The notes beneath the pieces are model-generated. The model saw only the letters and a list, made by a program, of their open reading frames with translations, did no database searches and was not told where the DNA came from. Below are positions 9,570 through 19,077 of a stretch of 64,000 bases of DNA, piece after piece. Every line of letters starts with the position of its first letter. The first letter of the stretch is position 1. Source of the DNA: Alphaproteobacteria bacterium (GTDB taxonomy: Bacteria; Pseudomonadota; Alphaproteobacteria; RF32; CAG-239); assembly GCA_017479985.1 (NCBI GenBank), contig JAFVBL010000012.1, positions 791 through 64,790 on the forward strand. Direction: 5' to 3'. The position numbers and the translations under genes are program-made.

Positions 9570-11222
9570 TCAAACCAAACGCGAATTATCTATCGCCGCC
9601 TTTACAAACGCCACAAATAACGGATGCGGCGCAAACGGACGCGATTTCAATTCAGGGTGAAACTGCACGCCGATAAACCACGGATGGTCCGGATGTTCGA
9701 CAATTTCCGGCAATTTACCGTCCGGTGATGTTCCGGTAATAAACATACCGGCTTTTTGCAGCATATCTTTATATTTGATATTGACTTCATAGCGATGCCG
9801 ATGGCGTTCGAAAATCTTATCCGTGCCGTAAATCTGTGCCGCTTTGGAGTTAGGTTTAAGCATACACTCATAAGCCCCCAAACGCATTGTACCGCCTAAA
9901 TCCCCGTCTTTATGACGAATCTGCTTGGCGCCGTCCTTATCCCATTCGGTCATCAATCCGATAACCGGCTCGCAATTTTCATCAAGCTCGGTCGTATTGG
10001 CATTTTTGATTCCGCACAAATTACGCATTGTTTCAATTACCGCCATCTGCATACCGAAACAGATGCCCAAAAACGGAATCTTCTGCTCGCGTGCATATTG
10101 TATGGCGTTAATCATTCCTTGCGTACCGCGAAGTCCGAACCCGCCGGGTACCAAAACCGCACTCACATCATTGAGAATTTCCGCCGGCGCTTGCGTTTCG
10201 AGTTGCTCGGAATCCACCCACTTGATGCGCACCTTGTACTTATTGGCAATACCGCCGTGAATAAGTGCTTCGTGCAATGATTTATACGCTTCCAGCAACA
10301 TCATATATTTACCGACCACGGCGATTCGCACCTCACCTTCCGGCGCCTTCAAAATATCAACAATATTCTGCCAGCGGCTCAAATCCGTCGGCTTATCGTA
10401 CGGTAAATTAAAGTGTTTGCATACTTGTCTGTCCATTCCCTCTGCCGAATACGCAAGCGGCACCTGATAAATACTCGCTGCGTCCATCGCCGTAATCACG
10501 TTTTCTTCACGGATATTGCAGAACAGTGCCAACTTTCTCTTTTCGTTTTCCGGAATTGCCATCTGCGTGCGGCACAGAATCATATCCGGCTGAATTCCGT
10601 ATTCCTGTAATTTTTTCACCGAGTGTTGCGTCGGTTTGGTCTTCAGCTCGCCTGCCGTCGGAATAAAAGGCAACAGCGTCACGTGCACAAACATTGTGCG
10701 CTCGCGTCCCAATTCATACGCCACCTGACGAATCGTTTCCAGATACGGTTGCCCTTCGATATCTCCGACCGTACCGCCGATTTCACACAGCACAAAATCT
10801 TCATCGGTGATATCGGATAAAATAAACTCTTTAATTTCGTTTGTAACGTGCGGAATAACCTGAATGGTCGACCCCAAATAATAGCCGTGACGCTCTTTTT
10901 CAATCACGCGCTGATAAATTTTTCCGGTTGTAATGCTGTCGGTACGCTTTGCCGGTACACCCGAAAAACGCTCGTAGTGCCCTAAATCCAAGTCAGCCTC
11001 GGTCCCGTCATCGGTTACAAACACTTCACCGTGCTGACACGGATTCATCGTTCCCGGATCGACATTAAGATACGGGTCCAACTTGCGCAGACGAACTTTA
11101 TAACCTCTGGCCTGCAAAATTGCCGCGAGCGAGGCAGATGCTAAACCTTTGCCGAGTGACGACACCACACCGCCGGTTATAAAAATAAATTTAGAATTCG
11201 GATTCACTTTAATCTCAGACAT
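9570..11222 (-). CDS. pyrG: CTP synthase
   Basis: 550 aa. [14 protein letters not shown]-terminus and the glutamine amidotransferase motif GICFGMQ. Confidence 0.95.
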   Translation of the reverse strand: MSEIKVNPNSKFIFITGGVVSSLGKGLASASLAAILQARGYKVRLRKLDPYLNVDPGTMNPCQHGEVFVTDDGTEADLDLGHYERFSGVPAKRTDSITTGKIYQRVIEKERHGYYLGSTIQVIPHVTNEIKEFILSDITDEDFVLCEIGGTVGDIEGQPYLETIRQVAYELGRERTMFVHVTLLPFIPTAGELKTKPTQHSVKKLQEYGIQPDMILCRTQMAIPENEKRKLALFCNIREENVITAMDAASIYQVPLAYSAEGMDRQVCKHFNLPYDKPTDLSRWQNIVDILKAPEGEVRIAVVGKYMMLLEAYKSLHEALIHGGIANKYKVRIKWVDSEQLETQAPAEILNDVSAVLVPGGFGLRGTQGMINAIQYAREQKIPFLGICFGMQMAVIETMRNLCGIKNANTTELDENCEPVIGLMTEWDKDGAKQIRHKDGDLGGTMRLGAYECMLKPNSKAAQIYGTDKIFERHRHRYEVNIKYKDMLQKAGMFITGTSPDGKLPEIVEHPDHPWFIGVQFHPELKSRPFAPHPLFVAFVKAAIDNSRLV

Positions 11223-11313
11223 TACATTTTTCCTTATGCAAAAAGTTCATAAAAAAGTGACAAAGGCACTTATGAGTTAAGTGCCTTATGTCTGCTTAAA
11301 TTTATCAAATTAT

Positions 11314-11694
11314 TTACTCCGCAACCGGAACTTCAGGTTCGGAAGCTTCTTCCGGCGCCGCAGGTTCTGCCGGTATGTTTGCCGCAGGAGCCTCTGAACT
11401 TGCCGGCTGCTGTTGTGTCGCCGCATTTGCCGCAACATTGTCCACAACAGATGTTTGTACAACTTCCATACGGCTGAAATAAATCGAAATCGCCAAGCTC
11501 AGACCAAAGAACAGTGTAGCCAACACAGCCGTAATACGTGTCAGAATATTTCCTTTACTGCGTGCACTCAGCAAACCGCCGATATCACCGCCGCCCAAAC
11601 CGCTCAGCGCACCGCCGTTGGAACGTTGCATCAAAATCACGGCAACCAAAAAAATTGCGACAATCAATTGTAAAACTAATAACACGGAACTCAT
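11314..11694 (-). CDS. secG: Preprotein translocase subunit SecG
   Basis: 126 aa. Two TM helices, LMQRSNGGALSGLGGG signature. Lies between tpiA and pyrG, as in many proteobacteria. Confidence 0.85.
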   Translation of the reverse strand: MSSVLLVLQLIVAIFLVAVILMQRSNGGALSGLGGGDIGGLLSARSKGNILTRITAVLATLFFGLSLAISIYFSRMEVVQTSVVDNVAANAATQQQPASSEAPAANIPAEPAAPEEASEPEVPVAE

Positions 11695-11709
11695 TTTTAC
11701 CTCCTTTAA

Positions 11710-12468
11710 TTATTTTGCGGCATTTTTTGCAATATTGATAAAATCCTCGGCTTTCAGGCTGGCACCGCCAATCAGCGCACCATCGACATCAGGCAACGAA
11801 AGCAATTCGGCTGCATTTGACGGCTTAACCGAACCACCGTATAGGATTCGCATTTTATTGGCGGTTGCCTTGCCGAGCTTTTTAGCCAAAGCCTTACGAA
11901 TGGCGGCGTGTACTTCCTGAACATCTGCCGCCGTCGGTGTTTTGCCGGTACCGATTGCCCAAATCGGCTCGTATGCAATCACTGTATTTTTTGCGGTTGC
12001 ATCGGCCGGCACCGAACCGTTGATTTCGGCTTCGCAAACCTTAATTGTTTTGCCGGCATCTCGTTCTTCACCTGTTTCACCGATACAAATCACCGTATGT
12101 AAGCCGGCATTGTGTGCGGCAACGGCTTTTTTGCAAATCAATTCGTTTGTTTCAAAATGATCGACTCGGCGTTCCGAATGTCCGATAAGCGTATATGTAC
12201 ACCCCAAATCTTTCAGCATAAGCGGACTTATATCACCGGTATGCGCACCTTTTTCGGCAAAATGCACATCTTGAGCACCGAGTGCGATTTTTGTACCGCG
12301 CAGACACTTTTTAACAAAACCGAGCAATGTAAACGGCGGACAAATCAAAAAATCACAATCAAATTTTTCTGCCTTTACCCGTGCGGCAACCTCTTTTGCC
12401 AAAGCCGTCCCGTCTTCGAGAAGGCAATTCATTTTCCAGTTGCCGGCAATCAATTTTTTACGAACCAT
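11710..12468 (-). CDS. tpiA: Triose-phosphate isomerase
   Basis: 252 aa. AGNWKMN, IGHSERR, AYEPIWAIGTG and GGASLK motifs. Confidence 0.95.
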   Translation of the reverse strand: MVRKKLIAGNWKMNCLLEDGTALAKEVAARVKAEKFDCDFLICPPFTLLGFVKKCLRGTKIALGAQDVHFAEKGAHTGDISPLMLKDLGCTYTLIGHSERRVDHFETNELICKKAVAAHNAGLHTVICIGETGEERDAGKTIKVCEAEINGSVPADATAKNTVIAYEPIWAIGTGKTPTAADVQEVHAAIRKALAKKLGKATANKMRILYGGSVKPSNAAELLSLPDVDGALIGGASLKAEDFINIAKNAAK

Positions 12469-12652
12469 TTTTAAACCTCATCATCAGATAAACATTAAAC
12501 TTGCCCACTTTTAGCACACTAAATTTTATTTTTCCACAAAAAAAGAAGTTTAACCCCATATTATTGTGTTGCATAAATCAATTTAAAAATTGCAATAATT
12601 TATTATGTTTTTATAATGAGTTCAAATTGAATTTAAATATAAGGAAAGAAAT

Positions 12653-14533
12653 ATGATAAACAGATTTGCAAAAATGCGTGACAGTTGGTTCACCAAAATC
12701 ATTTTGACCGTAACCGCTCTGAGCTTTATGTCGCTGTTCGGCGTTTCGGGATATATCAACTCCGCCGCGAACAACAAGGCGGTTATTCAGGTTGATGATA
12801 TTCAAATAACGCAGAGTGAATTTTCATATATGTTGCAGCGTGAAATGCTCAAATTGCGCAACATTACGGGAGCTTTGGATGAAGATGCCGTAGATGAAAT
12901 GAAGGCAAAAGTAGCACAAGTTCTGGCCAATTCCAAATTAAACGATGCGATTCTTGAAAATATGATGAAAAAACATAAGGTCGATTTTTCACCGAATACT
13001 GTCGGTCAGATTATTACGCTCAGTCCGGAATTCAATAATAACGGCACATTTGACCGTCAGGCTTATAAAGCATATTTAAGCAGTTCAGGCAAATCCGAAA
13101 AAGAAGTGATGCAAGATGTCAAACGCAATATGGCACGCCGTTTGTTGGTGGAAATGCCGGTTGCCGGCGCCAAAGTGCCTGCGGTTGAACAAAAGCAAAT
13201 GGAAAAAGTTCTTGGTCAGCGCCGTACTTTTAAATATGTCAGAATAAACACTGCAGATGCCGCCGTCACGCGTCAGCCGAGTACGGAAGATCTTGATCAG
13301 ATTTACGATGACTTGTCCGAAGAATTGACCGTACCGGAAAAACGTGATGTTTCCGTGATGTATTTGCCGCAAGAAGCCATAGAAAACACCATCGAAGTTT
13401 CTCCTGAAGAAATCGAGTCTTATTATAAAGAACATATCACTGATTATGAACAACCGGAACAACGTAATGTTCTGCAAATGGTATTTGATGATGAAGACAG
13501 TGCAAAAGCTGCATACGGCGAACTTTCTTCCGGTATAGATTTTACAACGGTTGCCGCCGCCAACGGGCAAAATCCGCAGGATATCAAATTAGGCTATGTC
13601 GGTAAAAACGATTTGTCTGAAGACTTGGCAGAAACCGTATTTACGTTGGCAAACGGCGCTGTTTCGGCACCGACGCAAATTGCCGACAGTTGGCAAATTG
13701 TGCAGGTGACGGATATCAAAGCCGCTGCCAAAACAGATAAAACAACGGTTATACCGGAAATTATAACGGCGATTCGTCAAGAAAAAGCTTACGACGGTAA
13801 TGATGCAATTCTGGCAGAAATCGAGGATAAGCTCGGCGCCGGTACCCCATTAAACGAAATTGCTGCCACTTACAATACGCCGCTTCTAAACGTATCGGCA
13901 CTTGATGAAACAGGTGTTGCCGATGTGGTACCGACGCAGCTCAAAGATGTTGTTACCAACCGCGATTTTATTGATACCGTATTTTCTTATAACGAAGGGG
14001 AAACAACACAGACGGTGGAAACTGACGAAGGTCTGGCGGTTGCCGTTGTCAACAAAATTTACGACACACACAAACAGCCGCGCGAAGAAGCAGATGCGCT
14101 GTTGCGTAAGATTTGGTCGGAAAATGAACGTGCCGCCGTTACTCAGGAAGAAATCGACAATATCCAGCGCGATTCGGAAGCCGGTGACGATTTGCCGACC
14201 ATTGCCAAACGTTACGGCTTAAATCTTATCAGCAGCCGTCCGCTCTCGCGTGCGGAAACGCTTGATGAGGCAACATTGGAAAATATGAAAGATTTGTTTT
14301 CTGCCGCCAAAGATGAACCGATTGTTTTGAATACGGGTGACGATTATCTGGTTGCCGCAACCACAAACATTTATGACGATTCGGCATCTTTGAGTGCTCA
14401 GGAAAAAGACCGGCTCAAACAGATTCTGTACAATAATATTGTCAGCGAAATGAGTGAGGCTCTGCTCAAAGATTTTGCCAGCCGTTATAAAGTCAAAGTA
14501 GAACACGGCAGAATAGGATTAAACAACGAATGA
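12653..14533 (+). CDS. ppiD: PpiD/SurA-like periplasmic chaperone (membrane-anchored parvulin-type PPIase family)
   Basis: 626 aa. N-terminal anchor (WFTKIILTVTALSFMSLFG), SurA-N-like region and a degenerate parvulin-like domain. Confidence 0.65.
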   Translation: MINRFAKMRDSWFTKIILTVTALSFMSLFGVSGYINSAANNKAVIQVDDIQITQSEFSYMLQREMLKLRNITGALDEDAVDEMKAKVAQVLANSKLNDAILENMMKKHKVDFSPNTVGQIITLSPEFNNNGTFDRQAYKAYLSSSGKSEKEVMQDVKRNMARRLLVEMPVAGAKVPAVEQKQMEKVLGQRRTFKYVRINTADAAVTRQPSTEDLDQIYDDLSEELTVPEKRDVSVMYLPQEAIENTIEVSPEEIESYYKEHITDYEQPEQRNVLQMVFDDEDSAKAAYGELSSGIDFTTVAAANGQNPQDIKLGYVGKNDLSEDLAETVFTLANGAVSAPTQIADSWQIVQVTDIKAAAKTDKTTVIPEIITAIRQEKAYDGNDAILAEIEDKLGAGTPLNEIAATYNTPLLNVSALDETGVADVVPTQLKDVVTNRDFIDTVFSYNEGETTQTVETDEGLAVAVVNKIYDTHKQPREEADALLRKIWSENERAAVTQEEIDNIQRDSEAGDDLPTIAKRYGLNLISSRPLSRAETLDEATLENMKDLFSAAKDEPIVLNTGDDYLVAATTNIYDDSASLSAQEKDRLKQILYNNIVSEMSEALLKDFASRYKVKVEHGRIGLNNE

Positions 14534-15438
14534 AAATAATCTTTATGGGAACGCCGGACTTTGCCGTTCCGGCGCTCCGCCGTTTAATGAGCGAACATCA
14601 GGTTGTATGTGTTTATACCCGCGAGCCGAAACCTTCCGGACGCGGCAATAAGCTCAATAAAACGCCTGTACACGTGTTTGCAGAAAAAAACGGCATAGAA
14701 GTTCGTACGCCGAATACTTTACGCACCATAGATGAACAGCAAAAATTTGCCGACTTAAAGGCGGAAGTTGCCGTTATTGCCGCGTACGGCTTAATTTTAC
14801 CAAAGCCGATTCTTAATGCCTGTCCGCTCGGTTGTATAAATATACACGCATCACTTTTGCCGCGTTGGCGCGGTGCGGCGCCGATTCAACGTGCCATAGA
14901 GGCCGGTGACGCCGTCAGCGGTGTTACGATTATGCAAATGGCGGAAGGGTTGGATACCGGCGATATGTTGCATAAAGGCGAAATCCTTATTACCCCGCAA
15001 ATGACCGGCGGCGAACTGCACGATAAACTCTCGGAAATCGGCGCCGAATTGATTGCGGAAGTTTTGGCGGACGGTACAAAATTTTCTCCGCAAAAGCAAG
15101 ACGACACCTTGAGTTGCTACGCCCCAAAATTAAATAAAGAAGAATGTAAAATCGACTTTGATATGCCGGTGGATAAACTATATGATAAAATTCGTGCTTT
15201 CAGCCCGTTTCCGGCAATGTTTTTTGAGTATCGCGGCGAACGTTTTAAAGTATTGCAAGCCGAAATAATATCGCAACAAGGACAAACCGGCGAAATTCTT
15301 TCCGGCTCAAAAGAGTTGATTATTGCCGCCCGCGACGGTGCACTTAAAATTACGCAAATTCAGCGGCAAGGCAAGCGCCCGATGTCTGTTGACGAACTTT
15401 TGCGCGGATTCGAATTTGAAGGTCGTACAATTATATAA
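14530..15438 (+). CDS. fmt: Methionyl-tRNA formyltransferase
   Basis: 302 aa. FMGTPDFAVP start, HASLLPRWRGAAPIQRAI motif. ATGA overlap with the upstream gene. Confidence 0.95.
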   Translation: MKIIFMGTPDFAVPALRRLMSEHQVVCVYTREPKPSGRGNKLNKTPVHVFAEKNGIEVRTPNTLRTIDEQQKFADLKAEVAVIAAYGLILPKPILNACPLGCINIHASLLPRWRGAAPIQRAIEAGDAVSGVTIMQMAEGLDTGDMLHKGEILITPQMTGGELHDKLSEIGAELIAEVLADGTKFSPQKQDDTLSCYAPKLNKEECKIDFDMPVDKLYDKIRAFSPFPAMFFEYRGERFKVLQAEIISQQGQTGEILSGSKELIIAARDGALKITQIQRQGKRPMSVDELLRGFEFEGRTII

Positions 15439-15502
15439 CCTTATGCTTAATTCAAGATAAAGTGTAATACTTAAAAGCGCATATAAGCATATTAAAAAAC
15501 GC

Positions 15503-15530
15503 AAAAAGGCAGGATAAAATCCTGCCTTTT
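15503..15530. terminator. Bidirectional rho-independent terminator (fmt / Cys-rich gene)
   Basis: A5-GGCAGGA-taaaa-TCCTGCC-T4. The hairpin is flanked by an A-run and a T-run. Confidence 0.8.
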
Positions 15531-15536
15531 ACTCTT

Positions 15537-15596
15537 ATAATACTATTTTAGCGATTATAATACTATTTTAGCGATTATAATACTATTTTAGCGATT
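15537..15596. repeat. Perfect tandem repeat, 3 x 20 bp (ATAATACTATTTTAGCGATT)
   Basis: Read directly from the sequence: copies at 15537-15556, 15557-15576 and 15577-15596. The third copy supplies the last two codons and the stop codon of the minus-strand Cys-rich gene. Confidence 0.95.
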
Positions 15597-16838
15597 AAAT
15601 ACCGCAGTATCGCCCGAAAAGACACTGTGCTTTTCACACGTTTCAGATTCACCGCGCCCTCTTGCCTTGTTGCTATCTCCGTTATCATCTTCACCATCTG
15701 AATCTAAATCAAAACTCGGAGCAGCAACCGTGCTGTTTCCGACGCAGCTAGTGCTACAATTCTTCTGGACCAGACCGCCGACAACCGTATCATTATCGCA
15801 CGTTTCCGTACAAATATTGCCGCTTTCTTTATCAACATACGTGCGTTTCAAAGTATCGCTCGTTGTAACAACCGATTCATCCGCCGCCATCGTTCTAACA
15901 CTGGAAGTTTGTATACCACTGCTTGCGCTGCACGTTTCATATACGCAAGAAATACATTTGGAATCATCATCAGCCTTACCAAAGCTTGAACCTTGCGGAC
16001 AATCGCCGTAAATTTCTTTGAAATACCCATCCGGACAACCGTCATCATCACCGGTGCAACTGCAACTGAGTGCATTGTAGTTTTCTTTATGACATCCTGC
16101 TTCCTGTGCTGTTTTATAAACAACATTACCCTTTTTGAAACAAGTGATTGAACCGGCATACCCCGTTAATTCTACCGACTTACCGTAATTTTTCACACAA
16201 TTGTTATGTGATAATTCTTCACCCGTAAAATACGAATCCGAAAAATCTTCACATTCTTGACATTTAACGGAATTACTCGTTACGGCCATCTCGTGACAAA
16301 CCTGACAGCCTTCCGGTTGATAAGATGCGGACAATAAACCGTTTGCCTGACAAACATCATCTTCATCTTCCGGCTGTCCCAAACATTTGCCGCATACATT
16401 ATCACCGGAATTATGCGATGTCACAAATCCTCCCTGACAATCATCTGCCGAAACGGCAATAGAAAAGCCGCTTTCACAAGGAATCGGCGTACGTTTGTAG
16501 AACAGCGTATTATTTGCGGAAGTGACATTTTTCGGACAGCTGATGTATTCCCAAGCATCTTCATTTTCTTTAACGCCGACGTATGTATATCCTCTCTTAA
16601 TACAATCGTCCGGTTCACATTTAACCATTCCCGGACACTCCGATTCGGCCGAAACGCAATTATACCCTGCCGGTGCCTTATTATAATAACCGCCAAGCGT
16701 CGAGCATTTCAAAAGCGATGTATACGCATAATTTTCCGGACCGTCACATCCTTCCGGCAAATAACAAACTGCCGCATTCGCCGAATAAGCAAGGGTAGAA
16801 AACAACATACCCAGCATAAATATTTTTTGATATTTCAT
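15588..16838 (-). CDS. Secreted cysteine-rich acidic protein, function unknown
   Basis: The ORF track gives 15588..16880. I prefer the ATG at 16838 (MKYQKIFMLGMLFSTLAYSANA signal peptide, SD GGGAG 7 nt upstream). I count 32 Cys by hand in the mature part. A TSP3-like acidic DLDSDGEDDNGD motif lies near the C-terminus. Confidence 0.75.
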   Translation of the reverse strand: MKYQKIFMLGMLFSTLAYSANAAVCYLPEGCDGPENYAYTSLLKCSTLGGYYNKAPAGYNCVSAESECPGMVKCEPDDCIKRGYTYVGVKENEDAWEYISCPKNVTSANNTLFYKRTPIPCESGFSIAVSADDCQGGFVTSHNSGDNVCGKCLGQPEDEDDVCQANGLLSASYQPEGCQVCHEMAVTSNSVKCQECEDFSDSYFTGEELSHNNCVKNYGKSVELTGYAGSITCFKKGNVVYKTAQEAGCHKENYNALSCSCTGDDDGCPDGYFKEIYGDCPQGSSFGKADDDSKCISCVYETCSASSGIQTSSVRTMAADESVVTTSDTLKRTYVDKESGNICTETCDNDTVVGGLVQKNCSTSCVGNSTVAAPSFDLDSDGEDDNGDSNKARGRGESETCEKHSVFSGDTAVFNR

Positions 16839-17013
16839 AACATAGCTCCCTGATATTAACCATATATCATATAGTAACACGTATTTTTTATTCTTTGTGT
16901 TACAATTTTATGACATTTTGATTATATTTCAAGTAAAAGATTATAAACAATCACCATAATAAAAATACAGGCGGATATTCAAGATATTCCGCCCGTATTC
17001 TCTCTAACAGTAT

Positions 17014-18306
17014 CTATGCTGACTTTTTAATCGATGCACGCCCGTTAGAACCTTTTTTTCGGACCAATTTCGGCTTTGCTTTTTTATCAATAACTTTATC
17101 ATCAATAATAATTTCCGTAACATCTTTATCATCAGGCAATTCATACATCCATTCCATTAAAATTTCTTCCATAATTGCCCGAAGTCCGCGTGCACCGGTC
17201 TTTCGCTCGATAGCCAGTTTAGCGATTGCCAACAACGCATCATTTGTAATTGTCAGCTTGACATCGTCCATACCAAACAACGAACGGTATTGGCTGACAA
17301 GCGCGTTTTTCGGTTCGGTCAAAACGGAAATAAGCGCTTTTTCATCTAAATCATCGAGTGTGGCAATCACAGGCACACGACCGGTAAATTCCGGAATCAA
17401 GCCGTATTTAACCAAATCTTCCGGTCGTACGTCTTTCAAAATCTGCCCGACCGATTTTTCTTCCTTTTCGACCTGTGCACCGAAACCGATGGAATTATTG
17501 TTTTCCGAGCCGTGTTTTTCGATAATTTTTTCCAAACCGGCAAACGCACCGCCGCAAATAAACAAAATATTGGTCGTATCAACGTGCAAGAATTCTTGCT
17601 GCGGATGTTTGCGCCCGCCCTGCGGCGGCACATTGGCAACAGTACCCTCGATAATTTTCAACAACGCCTGCTGCACACCCTCACCCGAAACATCGCGTGT
17701 AATTGACGGACCGTCGCCTTTACGCGAAATCTTATCAATTTCATCAATATAAATAATGCCGCGCTGTGCTTTTTCGATATCATAATTGGCATTTTGCACC
17801 AGTTTCAAGACAATATTTTCCACATCTTCACCGACGTATCCCGCCTCGGTCAAAGTCGTTGCATCGGCAATCGCAAACGGTACATTTAACACCTTAGCCA
17901 ATGTTTGAGCCAGAAGTGTTTTGCCGCAACCGGTCGAACCAATGAGAATAACATTCGACTTATTGATATCCACTTCGTTTTTATTAGGATTATTCAGTCT
18001 TTTATAATGATTATACACGGCAACTGACAGCACTTTTTTGGCATAATCCTGCCCAATCACATATTCATCAAGAAATCGCTTAATTTTAGACGGTGTCGGC
18101 AAATCATCGGAAAGCGCTTTTTCTTCGCTTTCCGTCTTTTTTTCTTCATCAAATGCTTCTTCTTCCATAATCGAATGGCACACGTCGATACATTCGTTAC
18201 AGATATAAACGCCGCGACCGGCAACAAGTTTCTTTACTTCTTTCTGACTTTTGCCGCAGAACGAGCAATGTAAAATTTCATCATCTTTATCGTCTTTTTT
18301 ACTCAT
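17014..18306 (-). CDS. clpX: ATP-dependent Clp protease ATP-binding subunit ClpX
   Basis: 430 aa. N-terminal zinc finger CSFCGK...CNEC, Walker [14 protein letters not shown] pore loop. Confidence 0.97.
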   Translation of the reverse strand: MSKKDDKDDEILHCSFCGKSQKEVKKLVAGRGVYICNECIDVCHSIMEEEAFDEEKKTESEEKALSDDLPTPSKIKRFLDEYVIGQDYAKKVLSVAVYNHYKRLNNPNKNEVDINKSNVILIGSTGCGKTLLAQTLAKVLNVPFAIADATTLTEAGYVGEDVENIVLKLVQNANYDIEKAQRGIIYIDEIDKISRKGDGPSITRDVSGEGVQQALLKIIEGTVANVPPQGGRKHPQQEFLHVDTTNILFICGGAFAGLEKIIEKHGSENNNSIGFGAQVEKEEKSVGQILKDVRPEDLVKYGLIPEFTGRVPVIATLDDLDEKALISVLTEPKNALVSQYRSLFGMDDVKLTITNDALLAIAKLAIERKTGARGLRAIMEEILMEWMYELPDDKDVTEIIIDDKVIDKKAKPKLVRKKGSNGRASIKKSA

Positions 18307-18313
18307 AATTCAC

Positions 18314-18934
18314 CTACTTTATTTCATTTCGATTCGTAATAATATGGTCAATCAAGCCAAAGTCAAGGGCTTCCTGCGGCGTCATAAAATTATCTCTGTC
18401 CATCGCCTTTTCGATAACAGCCAGCTTTTGACCGGTATTATCGGCATAAATTTTATTCAGACGCTTACGTAAATCCAAAATCAATTTTGCCTGAATTTCG
18501 ATATCCGTTGCCTGTCCTTTGGCACCGCCCGACGGCTGATGAATCATAATTTGCGAGTTTGGCAAAGAATAGCGTTTGCCCTTTGTCCCGCCGGCAAGCA
18601 AAAATGACCCCATTGAACACGCTTGTCCGACGCAAATTGTCGCCACATCGCACGATATATATTGCATCGTGTCATACATTGCCAAACCAGAAGTCACCAC
18701 ACCGCCCGGTGAGTTGATATAGAGCGAAATATCTTTTTTAGGATTTTCAGCTTCCAAAAACAAAAGCTGCGCACATACCAAAGATGAAACTTCATCATTG
18801 ACTTCACCTGTCAGGAAAATAATTCTTTCTTTCAAAAGTCGCGAAAAAATATCGAATTGACGTTCGCCTTTAGGTGTTTGTTCCACCACCATCGGTACTA
18901 AAGAGCTGTTCAAAATCTCACTGTTATTCATCAC
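18314..18934 (-). CDS. clpP: ATP-dependent Clp protease proteolytic subunit
   Basis: 206 aa. [11 protein letters not shown] (catalytic Ser) and IMIHQP (His). Sits directly upstream of clpX. Confidence 0.97.
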   Translation of the reverse strand: MMNNSEILNSSLVPMVVEQTPKGERQFDIFSRLLKERIIFLTGEVNDEVSSLVCAQLLFLEAENPKKDISLYINSPGGVVTSGLAMYDTMQYISCDVATICVGQACSMGSFLLAGGTKGKRYSLPNSQIMIHQPSGGAKGQATDIEIQAKLILDLRKRLNKIYADNTGQKLAVIEKAMDRDNFMTPQEALDFGLIDHIITNRNEIK

Positions 18935-19077
18935 TTTTTCCTTTTACAAACATAATTTTTTATATTTAAGCACACTGTTGTTTAATATTTTCTAAACAAA
19001 CGACACTTTGTGACGGATAATAAAAAACTCGTCTGCATATTTTGCAAACGGGTTTTTCTTTTTATACCGTGCAACAA

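Noticed and set aside
15537-15596. Could the 20-bp tandem array be a mini CRISPR array?
   Set aside because: The copies are directly abutting with no spacers, the unit is too short, and no cas genes are present.
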